Counted from the stretch's first letter, positions 8,906 to 19,088 are shown. The stretch: 64,000 nt of DNA from Betaproteobacteria bacterium (GCA_016791265.1 JAEUMY010000001.1:32882-96881), one strand, 5' to 3'. The notes: a model not told the origin generated them from the letters alone. Made by a program: numbers and translations.

Positions 8906-9922
8906 TCAGGACTGCTCGAACTGCTCGGTTTGCGCGGCCAATTCGCCGCCCAGCGGAAGAGGCTCCCTGATCACGTCCACGTCAAGAATGCGAGCGATCA
9001 GTGTCTCGCAGCGCGAGGCCAACTCCCGACGCTTGAACTGATCCGCGGGAAGCGGGTCCGCGCAGGTCACGTCCACGACAAGCTTGGGGCATTCGAGCAG
9101 GGCGCGGATGGACTGCGAAAAGGTGATGTCTTCGATATAGGCCGGCGCCACGCTCCGTTCGCCGCCTTCCTCGCGGTAGGCGATGGCAAGCGGCATGACC
9201 TTGGCGCCGCTCGCCACGGCGGGCTCGAACAGTGATGAGTGGAATTTTCTCAATCGGTCTCCGGCCGTCGTGGTGCCTTCCGGAAACAGGCCCACACAAT
9301 CGCCCCCGACCAACACATCATGCATCACCTGATTGATCTTGTGCGTGTCGCTCCGCTTCGCGCGCTTGATGAAAATGGTGCCGGTCTTTTCGCACAGCCA
9401 ACCCACGAAGGGCCAGTCGCGGATTTCGGACTTCGCCACGAAGCGGGTCGGCCGCACCGCGTTGATGACAAAGATGTCCAACCACGAGATATGGTTCGCG
9501 ACAATCACAAGATCAGGTGTCTGCCAAGCGGGTGGATGGCCGTGAATGTTGGGGATGATCCGCAAAATGCGCAGCAGCTTTCGTGACCACCAGCTTAGGA
9601 TGCGCGCGCGAAATGGCTGACTCGCGCGCGGAAAGAGGGTGGCGACAATGACGAACGCCGCGAGGGCATGCAGCGCGAGCCGCGTCCAGCGGAAAGCCCG
9701 AACGATGCGGGAGGTGCGCGGCGAGGAGCCGGTCAGGCCGCCTTCTGCGGCGCGGGCGTCATCCGAAAGTGCTGCGTGTAGCGCGTGCTCATCCGTTCCA
9801 TCGGCAGCAGCAGAAACAGGTCCGCCGTGTTGAAGTCCGCGTCCCAAGCCGGTTCTCCGCAAATGTGGGCGCCGACGCGCATGTAACCCTTGATGAGGGG
9901 CGGCATCCGCGCGATGGGACAA
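8906..9922 (-). CDS. olsA: lysophospholipid acyltransferase (PlsC family), probable lyso-ornithine-lipid acyltransferase
   Basis: Acyltransferase motifs NHISWLD (HX4D) and FPEGTTT, directly downstream of olsB. The longest ORF (TTG at 9922) overlaps olsB by 190 nt, so the true start is probably further downstream. No good start candidate was resolved. Confidence 0.7.
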   Translation of the reverse strand: MSHRADAAPHQGLHARRRPHLRRTGLGRGLQHGGPVSAAADGTDEHALHAALSDDARAAEGGLTGSSPRTSRIVRAFRWTRLALHALAAFVIVATLFPRASQPFRARILSWWSRKLLRILRIIPNIHGHPPAWQTPDLVIVANHISWLDIFVINAVRPTRFVAKSEIRDWPFVGWLCEKTGTIFIKRAKRSDTHKINQVMHDVLVGGDCVGLFPEGTTTAGDRLRKFHSSLFEPAVASGAKVMPLAIAYREEGGERSVAPAYIEDITFSQSIRALLECPKLVVDVTCADPLPADQFKRRELASRCETLIARILDVDVIREPLPLGGELAAQTEQFEQS

Positions 9923-10551
9923 GCCGTCGCGTTCGGAAACCGCTCAAGCAACCGGGCTGGGTGCCGAGGCGCCACGCGCCATGCGTTCGGAATGGGCGGA
10001 TTATCGCACAGGGCCTTGTAGACACTCGCGGCGAAGAGGCCGCCATCAGCCATGCCGATGCTCGCGCAACCGGCGAGATACCGGTTGTCACTTTCACGCA
10101 TGTAGGCGGCAAGACCCGCCCAGAGCAGCGTCATCACAGCGCCCGAGCGATGATCCGGATGCACACATGAGCGCCCCACCTCGACCAGCGTATCGCGAAT
10201 ATTCGCAAGGGCGCCAAGCTGAAACTCCGTCTCGGCGTAGTAGCCGCCCGCTGCGCGCGCGGCATGCGGAGGAAGAATTCGATAAGTGCCCACCACTGCG
10301 AGGCTCTCGGTGTCGCGAACAATGAGGTGATCGCAGTAGGCATCGAAGTGGTCGATATCCAGACCTACGCGAGTCGAGGCTTCGGGAAGCCGCGCGCCGA
10401 GTTCGTTCGCGAACACCTGATAGCGCAGCGCCTGCGCCTCCTGCACTTCCGACTCGGAGCCTGCCAGTCCGATGCGATAGCGGCCTGCGCGGCCGCTCGA
10501 CTCCGACGCGCCGCTGTCAGGGCGCAGATGGGAAAGATCTTCTTGACGCAT
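9733..10551 (-). CDS. olsB: GNAT-type N-acyltransferase, ornithine lipid synthase OlsB-like
   Basis: The segments LRYQVFANELGA...DHFDAYCDHLIVRD...GRSCVHPDHRSG match the OlsB / N-acyl amino acid synthase family. The gene is paired with a PlsC-type gene. Confidence 0.8.
   Translation of the reverse strand: MRQEDLSHLRPDSGASESSGRAGRYRIGLAGSESEVQEAQALRYQVFANELGARLPEASTRVGLDIDHFDAYCDHLIVRDTESLAVVGTYRILPPHAARAAGGYYAETEFQLGALANIRDTLVEVGRSCVHPDHRSGAVMTLLWAGLAAYMRESDNRYLAGCASIGMADGGLFAASVYKALCDNPPIPNAWRVAPRHPARLLERFPNATACPIARMPPLIKGYMRVGAHICGEPAWDADFNTADLFLLLPMERMSTRYTQHFRMTPAPQKAA
10195..10206. repeat. GCGAATATTCGC palindrome, copy 1
   Basis: Perfect 12-mer inside olsB, read as A-N-I-R (LANIRDT). 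Confidence 0.95.
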
Positions 10552-10644
10552 GGCACCCCCGTACGACGATACGGGGGCACCTTAGGTCACGACGATGACG
10601 CCGCCGTGACGGTCATGTGAAACTGCCGTGACGGCACTCGGCGA

Positions 10645-11103
10645 TCAGAAGCGAGATACGCGCGTGGCGCCTTGTCCGGACAGCACGCGAACCCGGTCAC
10701 CCACGCGGAATTGCTCGTCGGCCTCCTGCGTCACGGCGATGAGTTTGCCGCTGTCCAGTTTCACCGTGACCTCGATGCCCTTCCGGTCCGCGTTGGACTT
10801 TTCGATGGATTGGCCGATGATTCCGCCCACCACCGCGCCCGCGACGGCGCCGGCGACCGAGCCGCGGCCTTTGCCGACTTCGCTTCCGGCAATGCCGCCC
10901 AGGACGGCGCCCGTCGCCGTGCCAACACCGGTTTCGCTGCCGTCGATGCGCACATCGCGGACGCTTTCCACCACGCCCATGCGCACGGTCTGTTCGCCAC
11001 GCACTTGGCTGCGTGTGTAGTCGCCGCCGCCGAGACCGCGTTGCGCGCAACCACCCAGTGCCACCACGGCGCACACCGCCAAGCCGATTGCTTTCAGGTT
11101 CAT
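10645..11103 (-). CDS. glycine-zipper outer membrane lipoprotein (SlyB/Pcp family)
   Basis: I trimmed the ORF to MNLKAIGLAVCAVVALGGC, a signal peptide plus lipobox. The glycine zipper GAVLGGIAGSEVGKGRGSVAGAVAGAVVGGIIG follows. Confidence 0.85.
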   Translation of the reverse strand: MNLKAIGLAVCAVVALGGCAQRGLGGGDYTRSQVRGEQTVRMGVVESVRDVRIDGSETGVGTATGAVLGGIAGSEVGKGRGSVAGAVAGAVVGGIIGQSIEKSNADRKGIEVTVKLDSGKLIAVTQEADEQFRVGDRVRVLSGQGATRVSRF

Positions 11104-11113
11104 GAGTTTCTCC

Positions 11114-12049
11114 TTACCAAAGCTCGCTGCCAAATGCAGCGCGAAATTGTTCCGCCAGAGAGTCGCGCGTGAAGTGATGGTTCTGTGGACCTCTTTGCGC
11201 GATTTTGATACTGCCGAGGAGTGACGCCAACCGCCCCGTCTTTTCCCAACCCCATTGCGACTCCAATCCGTACAGGATGCCAGCGCGATAGGCATCGCCG
11301 CAACCCGTCGGGTCGGCCACCGCTTCAGGCGGAACCGCCGGAATGGTGATGTCCCGATCCCGGGTGTGAATCACCGAGCCCTGGCCGCCCAGGGTGACGA
11401 TGACCGCTTTGGCCTTGGCGGCGGCTTCGGCGACTCGCCGGCCCAGGCGATCCTCGATCATGCGGGCCTCGTAGTCATTGACCGTCACATAGTCGGCCAG
11501 TTCGATGACTTCGCGCAATTGCGTGGTATCGAAGATGGGTAGCGACTGCCCCGGATCGAAAATGAACGGCGTGCCCCGGGCGCTGAACTCCCGGCAGTGC
11601 TGCACCATCGCGTCGGGCGCGTCGGGTGCGACGATGCCCACACCGATGTCTCGCGCTTCCGAAACGTGGTTCTGCTTCGCCTCCGCCATCGCGCCGGGAT
11701 GAAAGGCGCTGATCTGGTTGTCGTCGATGTCGGTGGTGATGAAGGCCTGGGCGGTATACATGCCGTGAATCGGGCGGACGTGGGTCCGCGCCAGCCCCAG
11801 ATTGTCCAGGCGCTCCGCGTAGGGGCCAAAGTCGACGCCGACGGTCGCCATGATGAGCGGATTGCCGCCCAAAAGTTTCAGGTTGTAGGCGATGTTGCCC
11901 GCGCAGCCGCCAAACTCCTTGCGCAGTTCCGGCACGTGAAACGACACGCTCAGCACATGGATCTGGTCGGGAAGTATGTGCTTCTTGAACTGGTCGCGAA
12001 ACACCATGATGGTGTCGAACGCGAGGGAACCGCAGATCAGGGCGTGCAT
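11114..12049 (-). CDS. PfkB-family carbohydrate/nucleoside kinase (adenosine kinase-like)
   Basis: Start at MHALICGSLAFD. Family motifs GGCAGNIAYNL and DPTGCGDAYRAG are present. Confidence 0.85.
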   Translation of the reverse strand: MHALICGSLAFDTIMVFRDQFKKHILPDQIHVLSVSFHVPELRKEFGGCAGNIAYNLKLLGGNPLIMATVGVDFGPYAERLDNLGLARTHVRPIHGMYTAQAFITTDIDDNQISAFHPGAMAEAKQNHVSEARDIGVGIVAPDAPDAMVQHCREFSARGTPFIFDPGQSLPIFDTTQLREVIELADYVTVNDYEARMIEDRLGRRVAEAAAKAKAVIVTLGGQGSVIHTRDRDITIPAVPPEAVADPTGCGDAYRAGILYGLESQWGWEKTGRLASLLGSIKIAQRGPQNHHFTRDSLAEQFRAAFGSELW

Positions 12050-12150
12050 GGTGACGGGGTCGATGACGGGGAATTGGAGACGGGGAGGGCGGCAGGGATT
12101 ATACGTCCCGACCCCCATGATCAGACGCAAATGGGCATGGGCGAGACATT

Positions 12151-12162
12151 GCGAATATTCGC
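12151..12162. repeat. GCGAATATTCGC palindrome, copy 2
   Basis: Intergenic, between the DUF3426 gene stop and the PfkB-kinase start. It extends to the 16-bp palindrome TTGCGAATATTCGCAA (12149-12164). Confidence 0.95.
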
Positions 12163-12198
12163 AACGTCGCCGCGCCGTCCAGACGCTTCAGGCAACTG

Positions 12199-13089
12199 TC
12201 AGGGGAAGAACAGTTCAACGTGATAGCCGGCGGCATTGCCGAGCTGACTCTCGATGCGCACATTGATGGCCGTGCTGGCCCCGGGCGCCATCCCGTTGGC
12301 GCGAAGCGGCAAGGCGCCGAGATAGGCGTCGGGCGGCAGCACGCGTCGCGCCAGCGTCTGGTTGTTGGTGTCCGTCAGGCTGAGCTCGATATGCGGATAG
12401 TCCTGCACAACGCCGGCCCGATTGGCGATGGTCGCGGTCAGCAGAAAGCGTCCCTTCGTGCCGAGCTCCTCGATCAGGTCGGAACTTTCGACCTTCAGTG
12501 TGCTGATGTCGCGCCCCCAGGGCAAGGTGCAGCCCAAATGCTCGCAGGCCCTTTCCAGATAAGGGCGGAGAGCCGGGTACTGGCTCACCAGTGTGCTGCG
12601 CCACAGATAAGTGATCTGCAGCAGCAGCACCGCCGCTGCGAGAAACGCCAACACCGCCCATCCAATTGACCGAGGCTCGCGGACCGCTTCGCGGGGCAAG
12701 AGCGGGGCGTTGCGGTAGGGCCCGAGCGTGTTCAACCCCGGTGGCCGGGGAGGCAGCGAGGCATCGAGGAAGGCGGGCACCGAAGGCGGCCCGTTGAGGA
12801 CGATACCGGCGCTTGAAGCTGGGGCGCTCGGTGTCGGCGACTCCTCCAGCAGGGGCGCATCCATGGGCGCGTCTGTTGAAAAAGCCGACGGCGCTGTCGT
12901 CGCCGGCTGCGGTACCGGCTGCTGAGAAATCGGGCCGTCTCCCAGCGTGCTATCGATCCGTTGCAGTGATTCGAAGCTGTTGAACACATGCCGGCAGCGG
13001 CCGCACATCACCCGCCCGGAGCGCACATTGAGCTGCTCGGGCGAGACCTTGAACTGGGCCTGGCACTTGGGGCAGGTGGTCAGCAGCAT
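12199..13089 (-). CDS. zinc-ribbon (MJ0042-type) plus DUF3426 membrane protein
   Basis: Start at MLLTTCPKCQAQFKV...CGRCRHVF, a CxxC...CxxC ribbon. A Pro-rich linker, one TM helix and a C-terminal beta domain follow. The gene is downstream of prmA, as in many betaproteobacteria. Confidence 0.75.
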   Translation of the reverse strand: MLLTTCPKCQAQFKVSPEQLNVRSGRVMCGRCRHVFNSFESLQRIDSTLGDGPISQQPVPQPATTAPSAFSTDAPMDAPLLEESPTPSAPASSAGIVLNGPPSVPAFLDASLPPRPPGLNTLGPYRNAPLLPREAVREPRSIGWAVLAFLAAAVLLLQITYLWRSTLVSQYPALRPYLERACEHLGCTLPWGRDISTLKVESSDLIEELGTKGRFLLTATIANRAGVVQDYPHIELSLTDTNNQTLARRVLPPDAYLGALPLRANGMAPGASTAINVRIESQLGNAAGYHVELFFP

Positions 13090-13137
13090 CTCGGGAAAAA
13101 GGGTGGTGGAGAAGAAGCAGGCAGGGAAAACATGCAA

Positions 13138-14037
13138 TCAGGCAGGACGGTCACCACTCAAGCATACCCAATCTTCATCTTGTGCCGCCACGCTGAGGGA
13201 GATCCAGCGCGAATAGGCGGCGACAACGTCATCGGCCTGATGCGCGAGGATGCCCGACAGCGCCATCGCGCCGCCGGGCTGAACGCAGCGGGCGAGAAAG
13301 GGCGCCAGCATGATGAGCGGGTGCGAGAGGATGTTGGCGACCACCAGGTCAGCCGCCGCGGGGTGCGGATCGGAGGCGGACAGGAATGTCGCAGCGACTT
13401 CGTTCACATCCGCATTGTGGCGCGCGGTGATGAGCGCCTGATCGTCAATGTCCACGCCTACGGCGGCACCTGCGCCCAACTTCAGCGCCGCGATGGCGAG
13501 GATGCCCGAGCCGCAGCCGTAGTCGAGGACGGATGCGGTAGGCCGCCGGCCCAGTTGCGCCTCCAGCCAGCGCAGGCACAACCGAGTGGTGGGATGACTA
13601 CCGGTGCCGAAGGCGGCGCCGGGATCGATCTGGATCGGCAGCGCCCCGGCGGGGAGCGGATCGAGCGCGTGCCAGCTAGGCACGATCCATAGACGCTCGG
13701 AGACGGCGATAGGTTGGAACTGCGCCTGATTGGCACGCACCCAATCAATATCCGCGAGGAGCTCGACGCTGTACGCGGGGACTTCAAGTTCCAGCACCTC
13801 GGCGCAGGCGGCGAGTGCTGCCGCCACATCTTCGTCGGGCGGGAAGTGGGCCGCGACGTCGCACAGCGCCCAGAATCCCGGTTCGGCGCCGGGCTCGCCG
13901 AAAATCGGCTGTTCGTTCTGGGTGCCGGCCTCGGCGTCCTCGACGCTGACCGACAAGCAATTGAACTCCATCAGCGCGTCGGCGAACGCTTCGGCCTCCT
14001 GGCGCGCGAGCGTGAAGCGCACGGCGGTCACGCTCAT
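13138..14037 (-). CDS. prmA: ribosomal protein L11 methyltransferase
   Basis: SAM motif DYGCGSGILAIAALKLGA and the PrmA N-terminal domain. It lies downstream of accBC. Confidence 0.9.
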   Translation of the reverse strand: MSVTAVRFTLARQEAEAFADALMEFNCLSVSVEDAEAGTQNEQPIFGEPGAEPGFWALCDVAAHFPPDEDVAAALAACAEVLELEVPAYSVELLADIDWVRANQAQFQPIAVSERLWIVPSWHALDPLPAGALPIQIDPGAAFGTGSHPTTRLCLRWLEAQLGRRPTASVLDYGCGSGILAIAALKLGAGAAVGVDIDDQALITARHNADVNEVAATFLSASDPHPAAADLVVANILSHPLIMLAPFLARCVQPGGAMALSGILAHQADDVVAAYSRWISLSVAAQDEDWVCLSGDRPA

Positions 14038-14041
14038 GGGG

Positions 14042-15412
14042 TCACTCCCCGCTTTCGATGGCGATTTTCTTCTGCGCGTTCATCCGGTGTTCCAGGAAGT
14101 GAATGCTGATGCCACCCTGAATGAAAGCAGTATCGTTCAGCAGTTCCTGATGCAGCGGGATATTGGTCTGGATGCCGTCCACGATCATTTCGGACAGGGC
14201 CGTGCGCATGCGTGCGAGCGCCTGATCGCGCGTGTCGCCGTGGGCGATGACCTTCCCGATCAGCGAATCGTAGTGGGGCGGCACGTAGTAGCTCTGATAG
14301 GCGTGCGAATCGACGCGAATGCCCGGCCCGCCTGGCACATGGAACTGGGTGATGCGTCCGGGCGACGGCACGAAAGTCGTCGGATTCTCGGCGTTGATGC
14401 GACACTCGATGGCATGGCCGCGCAGCACCACGTCCTTTTGCCGATAGCGCAGCCGATGACCGGCCGCGACGCGAATCTGCTCTTGCACGATATCGATGCC
14501 GGTGATCATTTCAGTCACCGGATGCTCGACCTGCACGCGCGTGTTCATCTCGATGAAGTAGAACTCCTCGTTCTCGTAGAGGAATTCGAACGTGCCAGCG
14601 CCGCGATAGTTGAGCTTGCGGCAGGCTTCCGCGCAACGTTCTCCGATGCGGTCGCGGAGGCGCGACTTGAGCGCGGGTGCGGGCGCCTCCTCGATGATTT
14701 TCTGGTGGCGGCGCTGCATGGAGCAGTCGCGTTCCCACAGGAAAATCGCATTCTTGTGCTCATCGGCGAGCACCTGGATCTCGATGTGCCGCGGGTTCTC
14801 CAGAAACTTCTCCAGATACACCGTGGGATTGCCGAAAGCGGACTGGGCTTCGCTTCGAGTGAGGGTCACCGCATTGAGCAGCGCGGCTTCCGTGTGAACC
14901 ACCCGCATCCCGCGTCCGCCTCCGCCGCCCGCCGCCTTGATGATGACGGGATATCCAATGGAAGCCGCGATGCGGCGAATCTCCTTGGGGTCTTCCGGCA
15001 GGGCGCCTTCCGAGCCTGGCACGCAGGGAATGCCCACGCGTTTCATGGCGGCCTTGGCTTCGACCTTGTCGCCCATCATGCGAATGTTGTCGGGACGCGG
15101 GCCGATGAAGACGAAACCTGAGTTCTCCACTCGCTCGCAGAAGTCCGCATTCTCGGACAGGAAGCCATAGCCGGGATGGATGGCCTGCGCGTCTGTCACT
15201 TCGGCCGCGCTGATGATGGCGGGGATGTTGAGGTAGCTATCACGTGATGGCGCCGGGCCGATGCAAACCGACTCGTCGGCCAGCATGACGTACTTCGCAT
15301 CGGCATCGGCTTCCGAATGAACGGCGACCGTCTTGATGCCCAGCTCGCGGCAGGCGCGCTGGATGCGCAGCGCGATCTCGCCGCGATTGGCAATAAGGAC
15401 CTTCTCGAACAT
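14042..15412 (-). CDS. accC: acetyl-CoA carboxylase, biotin carboxylase subunit
   Basis: [17 protein letters not shown]... with the ATP-grasp and biotin carboxylase motifs. The start is trimmed to the conserved MFEK. Confidence 0.95.
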   Translation of the reverse strand: MFEKVLIANRGEIALRIQRACRELGIKTVAVHSEADADAKYVMLADESVCIGPAPSRDSYLNIPAIISAAEVTDAQAIHPGYGFLSENADFCERVENSGFVFIGPRPDNIRMMGDKVEAKAAMKRVGIPCVPGSEGALPEDPKEIRRIAASIGYPVIIKAAGGGGGRGMRVVHTEAALLNAVTLTRSEAQSAFGNPTVYLEKFLENPRHIEIQVLADEHKNAIFLWERDCSMQRRHQKIIEEAPAPALKSRLRDRIGERCAEACRKLNYRGAGTFEFLYENEEFYFIEMNTRVQVEHPVTEMITGIDIVQEQIRVAAGHRLRYRQKDVVLRGHAIECRINAENPTTFVPSPGRITQFHVPGGPGIRVDSHAYQSYYVPPHYDSLIGKVIAHGDTRDQALARMRTALSEMIVDGIQTNIPLHQELLNDTAFIQGGISIHFLEHRMNAQKKIAIESGE

Positions 15413-15455
15413 CGCCGGCTCTGCCGTCCGGCCGTAGGCAGCCATGTGGCAGCCC

Positions 15456-15905
15456 TTATTCGATGACGAAGAGCGGCTGGCCGTATTCCACCGGCTGGCC
15501 GTTCTCCACCAGAATCGCTTTGACCGTGCCGGCCATGTCGGATTCGATTTCGTTCAGGAGCTTCATCGCCTCGATGATGCAAAGCGTCTGCCCTTTGGTC
15601 ACGGACTGGCCGATTTCCACGAAGGATGGCGAGCCGGGCGAAGGCGAGCGATAGAAGGTTCCCACCATAGGGGCCTTCAGGGTGTGGCCAGCCGGTTCCA
15701 GAGGCGCCGGGGCGCTGGCTGCGGGCGCGGGGCCGGCCGTCGGTGTCGCCGCCATCGGCATCGGCGCCTGGGGCATATAGACCTGTGCGGAACCTGCGGT
15801 CGTGCGGGCGATGCGTACTTTTTCCTCGCCTTCGGTCACTTCCAGTTCGGCAATGCCGGATTCCTGGACGAGATCGATCAGCTTTTTCAATTTTCTGAGG
15901 TCCAT
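15456..15905 (-). CDS. accB: acetyl-CoA carboxylase, biotin carboxyl carrier protein
   Basis: [13 protein letters not shown]..., an Ala/Pro linker, and the biotinylation motif EAMKL. Confidence 0.95.
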   Translation of the reverse strand: MDLRKLKKLIDLVQESGIAELEVTEGEEKVRIARTTAGSAQVYMPQAPMPMAATPTAGPAPAASAPAPLEPAGHTLKAPMVGTFYRSPSPGSPSFVEIGQSVTKGQTLCIIEAMKLLNEIESDMAGTVKAILVENGQPVEYGQPLFVIE

Positions 15906-15977
15906 GATGGGTCCTTGTTCTCCGCGCGAACCCTCTGACGGGGTCTGGCGCTGGTCAATCGATGACAACCGGTCGTA

Positions 15978-16457
15978 TCAGACGGCAGCGTGCTGCCGGG
16001 CGAGCGCTGCTTGCAGAGCCAGTTCGTAGGACTGGGCCCCGAAGCCGCAAATCACGCCCACTGCCAAGGGGGCCAGGTAGGAGTGGGATCGAAACGCCTC
16101 GCGGGCGTGAATGTTGGACAGATGCACTTCAATGAACGGCACTGCCACGGCTGCCAACGCATCCCGAAGTGCGACGCTGGTATGCGTCAAACCGGCGGCA
16201 TTGATCAGGATGATGTCGAATCCGCGCGCCTTCGCACCGTGAATTTCGTCGATCAGCGCTGATTCGGCGTTGCTCTGCACGCAATGCACGGCCGCACCGG
16301 ACGCCTTGGCTAGCGCCTCCAGTCGCCGATCGATCTCAGCCAGGGTCACTGAGCCGTAGATTTCCGGCTCGCGCGTGCCCAACAAATTGAGGTTGGGCCC
16401 GTGCAGCACCAAGACTTTGACCGCATTGCCTTGCGGAGCTGCCATGTTTTTAGCCAT
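15978..16457 (-). CDS. aroQ: type II 3-dehydroquinate dehydratase
   Basis: [21 protein letters not shown] signature. The start is uncertain: ATG at 16457 or 16445, or TTG at 16478. Confidence 0.9.
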   Translation of the reverse strand: MAKNMAAPQGNAVKVLVLHGPNLNLLGTREPEIYGSVTLAEIDRRLEALAKASGAAVHCVQSNAESALIDEIHGAKARGFDIILINAAGLTHTSVALRDALAAVAVPFIEVHLSNIHAREAFRSHSYLAPLAVGVICGFGAQSYELALQAALARQHAAV

Positions 16458-16649
16458 AGGGGCGGCAGTTTGCCGCAAGTTCGGCGAAATTGTCCAGTTG
16501 TCGGGCGCCGTCAGGCGTGCTAGGACATCGCGGCGGGGCGTGGCAAGTTCACTGAAGGAGGGCTGTGGCGTATTTCTGCCAGCCCGTAGTGTGGTGTAAG
16601 GTCAGGCCAGGCGTCGATGCTGTCTGAAATTACATCTTGCAGTGTGTTT

Positions 16650-16661
16650 GCGAATATTCGC
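16650..16661. repeat. GCGAATATTCGC palindrome, copy 3
   Basis: Intergenic, 1 nt beyond the TlpA-like stop codon (16663-16665) and upstream of aroQ. 14-bp form TGCGAATATTCGCA. Confidence 0.95.
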
Positions 16662-16662
16662 A

Positions 16663-17214
16663 TCATTTGGGCGCATTTTCACGGATGATCAATGCCATCT
16701 CCTCATGGCTAAGTTGGCCGATCTTGTTCAGCAGCAAATCGCCTTTGGGGCTGAACACAAGGGTGTGCGGCAGCATGCCCAGGCGATTGCCCATTCGCCG
16801 CGAAAAGGCTACTGCACCTTCGGCGTCAGGCAATAGCGGATAACTGACCGGCGTCTGGGCCTGAAATAAGCGAACTTTATCGGCCGTATCGGCGGCAATA
16901 CCCACAATTTGCACGCCATTCTTTGCATTTTGCCGGAAGAAATTATCGAACATTGGCATTTCTTCCTTGCAAGGCGCGCACCAAGTTGCCCAGAAATTGA
17001 TGAAAAGCAGCTTGCCCTGCCATTGTCCCAGGGACTGCGGCCGGCCTTCCAGGTCAGGAAAACTGGCCGCCAACACGGCGGCATAGTTGACGCCTTCCAT
17101 GCTGGCAGGGGTACCGCCGATCTTGGCGGCGGGTTCTTTGGCGGCGAGCCACATGGCCACTGCTGCGGCAAACAGCAGCGCGCCCAAAAAAATGAATACT
17201 GGCGTCTTCGGCAT
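16663..17214 (-). CDS. TlpA-family thiol:disulfide oxidoreductase (thioredoxin fold, membrane anchored)
   Basis: N-terminal TM helix and the FWATWCAPCKEEMP CxxC motif. Confidence 0.85.
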   Translation of the reverse strand: MPKTPVFIFLGALLFAAAVAMWLAAKEPAAKIGGTPASMEGVNYAAVLAASFPDLEGRPQSLGQWQGKLLFINFWATWCAPCKEEMPMFDNFFRQNAKNGVQIVGIAADTADKVRLFQAQTPVSYPLLPDAEGAVAFSRRMGNRLGMLPHTLVFSPKGDLLLNKIGQLSHEEMALIIRENAPK

Positions 17215-17236
17215 CGCGGCCTGGTCGTCTGCGTGG

Positions 17237-17551
17237 TCAGGCGGTTTCGGATGCGATCCAGCCGAGGTAGCCCTCCAGACCGCGAACGGCGGGTAGGGCG
17301 ATGATCTCCGGCAGGTCGTAGGGGTGGTTTTCGAGAATCACGCGCTCCATCAGCGGATACACCGCCTCGGTCGACTTGATGAGCAAGGTGCATTCCGTGG
17401 CGTGTTCCACCTGGCCCTTCCAGCGGTACACCGACTGCCCGGCGGGCAGGATATGCACGCAGGCGGCGGCATGGGCGTCAAGCAGGATTTCCGCCAACTT
17501 TACAGCGCTGGGCGAGTCCGGTAGTGTGGTCATCACGACCAAGGCTGTCAT
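17237..17551 (-). CDS. cutA: divalent-cation tolerance protein CutA
   Basis: 104 aa, with the segments AACVHILP...SVYRWKG...HPYDLPEI typical of CutA1. Confidence 0.9.
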   Translation of the reverse strand: MTALVVMTTLPDSPSAVKLAEILLDAHAAACVHILPAGQSVYRWKGQVEHATECTLLIKSTEAVYPLMERVILENHPYDLPEIIALPAVRGLEGYLGWIASETA

Positions 17552-17704
17552 GGCGAATGTCCGTGTTGAGTGTGGGGGTCTAGCGTCCTGCTTGATGCGG
17601 CCATGCTCGTCCCGATATCAATCCGACACCTCCCGCTTGGCGTAATATCTTTGGCGAGTGAAGACTGTCCACTCGCACTGTCTTTTCCCGTTCGAGGCAC
17701 TTGC

Positions 17705-18106
17705 ATGCGCTACATCCTGCTGGCAATTCTAATCGGCTTTCCCCTGGCCGAAGCAGCCCTTCTGGTCACCGTGGGTGAAGGCCATGCCCTGTGGGTGATT
17801 GCATGGCTCGTCATGGCGGCGATCATCGGTGTCGCTCTCATCAAGGAAGCGCGATTTGCGCTCATCTCGCGGTTGGCCAGCTCCCTGGCCCAAGGGCGCT
17901 TCTCGCTCTCCGCGTTGATCGACAGCGGTCGCACCGTGCTGGCAGGCCTGCTGCTGATTTTTCCAGGACTTATGAGCGATGTCATGGCGCTCGTCCTGTT
18001 GCTGTTGCCCGTTCGCTCCCGAGAGATCGAGTTGCGGTCCGCCTACGCGCCTCATTTCACCCCGCGTTCCGGCGTCATCGAGGGCGAGTATCGCCACGAG
18101 CGCTGA
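17705..18106 (+). CDS. fxsA: FxsA family membrane protein
   Basis: Start at MRYILLAILIGFPLAE. The LLIFPGLMSDVMALVLLLP motif is present. Confidence 0.85.
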   Translation: MRYILLAILIGFPLAEAALLVTVGEGHALWVIAWLVMAAIIGVALIKEARFALISRLASSLAQGRFSLSALIDSGRTVLAGLLLIFPGLMSDVMALVLLLLPVRSREIELRSAYAPHFTPRSGVIEGEYRHER

Positions 18107-19019
18107 GCGCCTCAGCCACTTCGGCGCAAGACAATCCGGCCAACAGGTCGGCCACTGTCGGAAACGCCAGCCGAACGCCCAACTCATCCTTCAGCCGCCG
18201 ATTGGACAAGCGGCGCGATTCGCGCAGAAACGAAAGCAAGGCCGGCGGCAAGGTCTTCTCGGCTTCGCCGCGGCTGATGCGCCTTGGCCGGGGCAGGCCA
18301 AATCGATCCGCGACCAGATCAAAATAGTGGCCCATCCTCAATGGCGCGTCGTCGCAACAGTGATAGTTGCGCCCGTTTGATCCCCGAAACAGCGCGGCCA
18401 CCGTGGCCCGCGCCAAGTCATCGGCATGGATGTGATTGCTGTAGCTGTCTTCGTCTGCCCGCAGCGCCGGCGTGCCCGCCGTCAATCTGGCGAGCGGCAG
18501 ACGGTCTTTTGCATAAATGCCGGGCGCGCGCAGCACGCACTGCGAGCGCATGGCCGGCGCAGAGCGCATCCATCGCCTGAGCGCCCGCTCCGCATCGACC
18601 CGTCGCTTGGCGCGGTCGTTGGTGGGGCGAAGCGGCCGCGCCTCCGTCACCCACTCACCGCCGCAGTCGCCGTAAACACCGGTGGTGCTGAGGTAGACCA
18701 GACGCCGCGAACGCACGCCATGCGAATATTCGCGTCCGGAAGGGGTCTTAGAGAGAGCCGCGAGAAGGTTGCGCGTGCGCGTATCGACACGAAGGTGCGC
18801 GGGCGGCGGCGCCAGATGGATGACGCAGTCGGCCAACGCGGCGGCGCGCGCCAGGGTCGCCCTGTCGTCCAGGTCGCCGATCAGGGGCACCACACCCAGC
18901 GTGCGCAGTCGGTCGGCCTTCGCCGGATCGCGAATTAGGCCGTAGAGCCGGAAGCGCTTTGCGAGCAGTGGGGCCAGGCGCGCCGCCACATCCCCGAAGC
19001 CCACGATCAGTATTCGCAT
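18075..19019 (-). CDS. NAD-dependent epimerase/dehydratase (SDR family)
   Basis: Start at MRILIVGFGDVA (Rossmann fold). Its 3' end converges with and overlaps fxsA by 32 nt. Confidence 0.8.
   Translation of the reverse strand: MRILIVGFGDVAARLAPLLAKRFRLYGLIRDPAKADRLRTLGVVPLIGDLDDRATLARAAALADCVIHLAPPPAHLRVDTRTRNLLAALSKTPSGREYSHGVRSRRLVYLSTTGVYGDCGGEWVTEARPLRPTNDRAKRRVDAERALRRWMRSAPAMRSQCVLRAPGIYAKDRLPLARLTAGTPALRADEDSYSNHIHADDLARATVAALFRGSNGRNYHCCDDAPLRMGHYFDLVADRFGLPRPRRISRGEAEKTLPPALLSFLRESRRLSNRRLKDELGVRLAFPTVADLLAGLSCAEVAEALSARGDTRPR
18722..18733. repeat. GCGAATATTCGC palindrome, copy 4
   Basis: Inside the SDR epimerase gene, read as E-Y-S (GREYSHG). Confidence 0.95.
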
Positions 19020-19088
19020 CGATTGAGTATAGTGTGAAACTCGCGCAAGGCCGCCGCCCCCAACCCCGAAGTGCATTGAAGTCCGCTC

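Noticed and set aside
10556-10577. Hairpin CCCCCGTA-CGACGA-TACGGGGG between the slyB-like stop and the olsB start
   Set aside because: No U-tract follows on either strand, so it is not a canonical terminator. It could be a leader structure, but there is no supporting evidence.
13730-15121. 463-aa plus-strand ORF
   Set aside because: It lies antisense to prmA and accC, both unambiguous.
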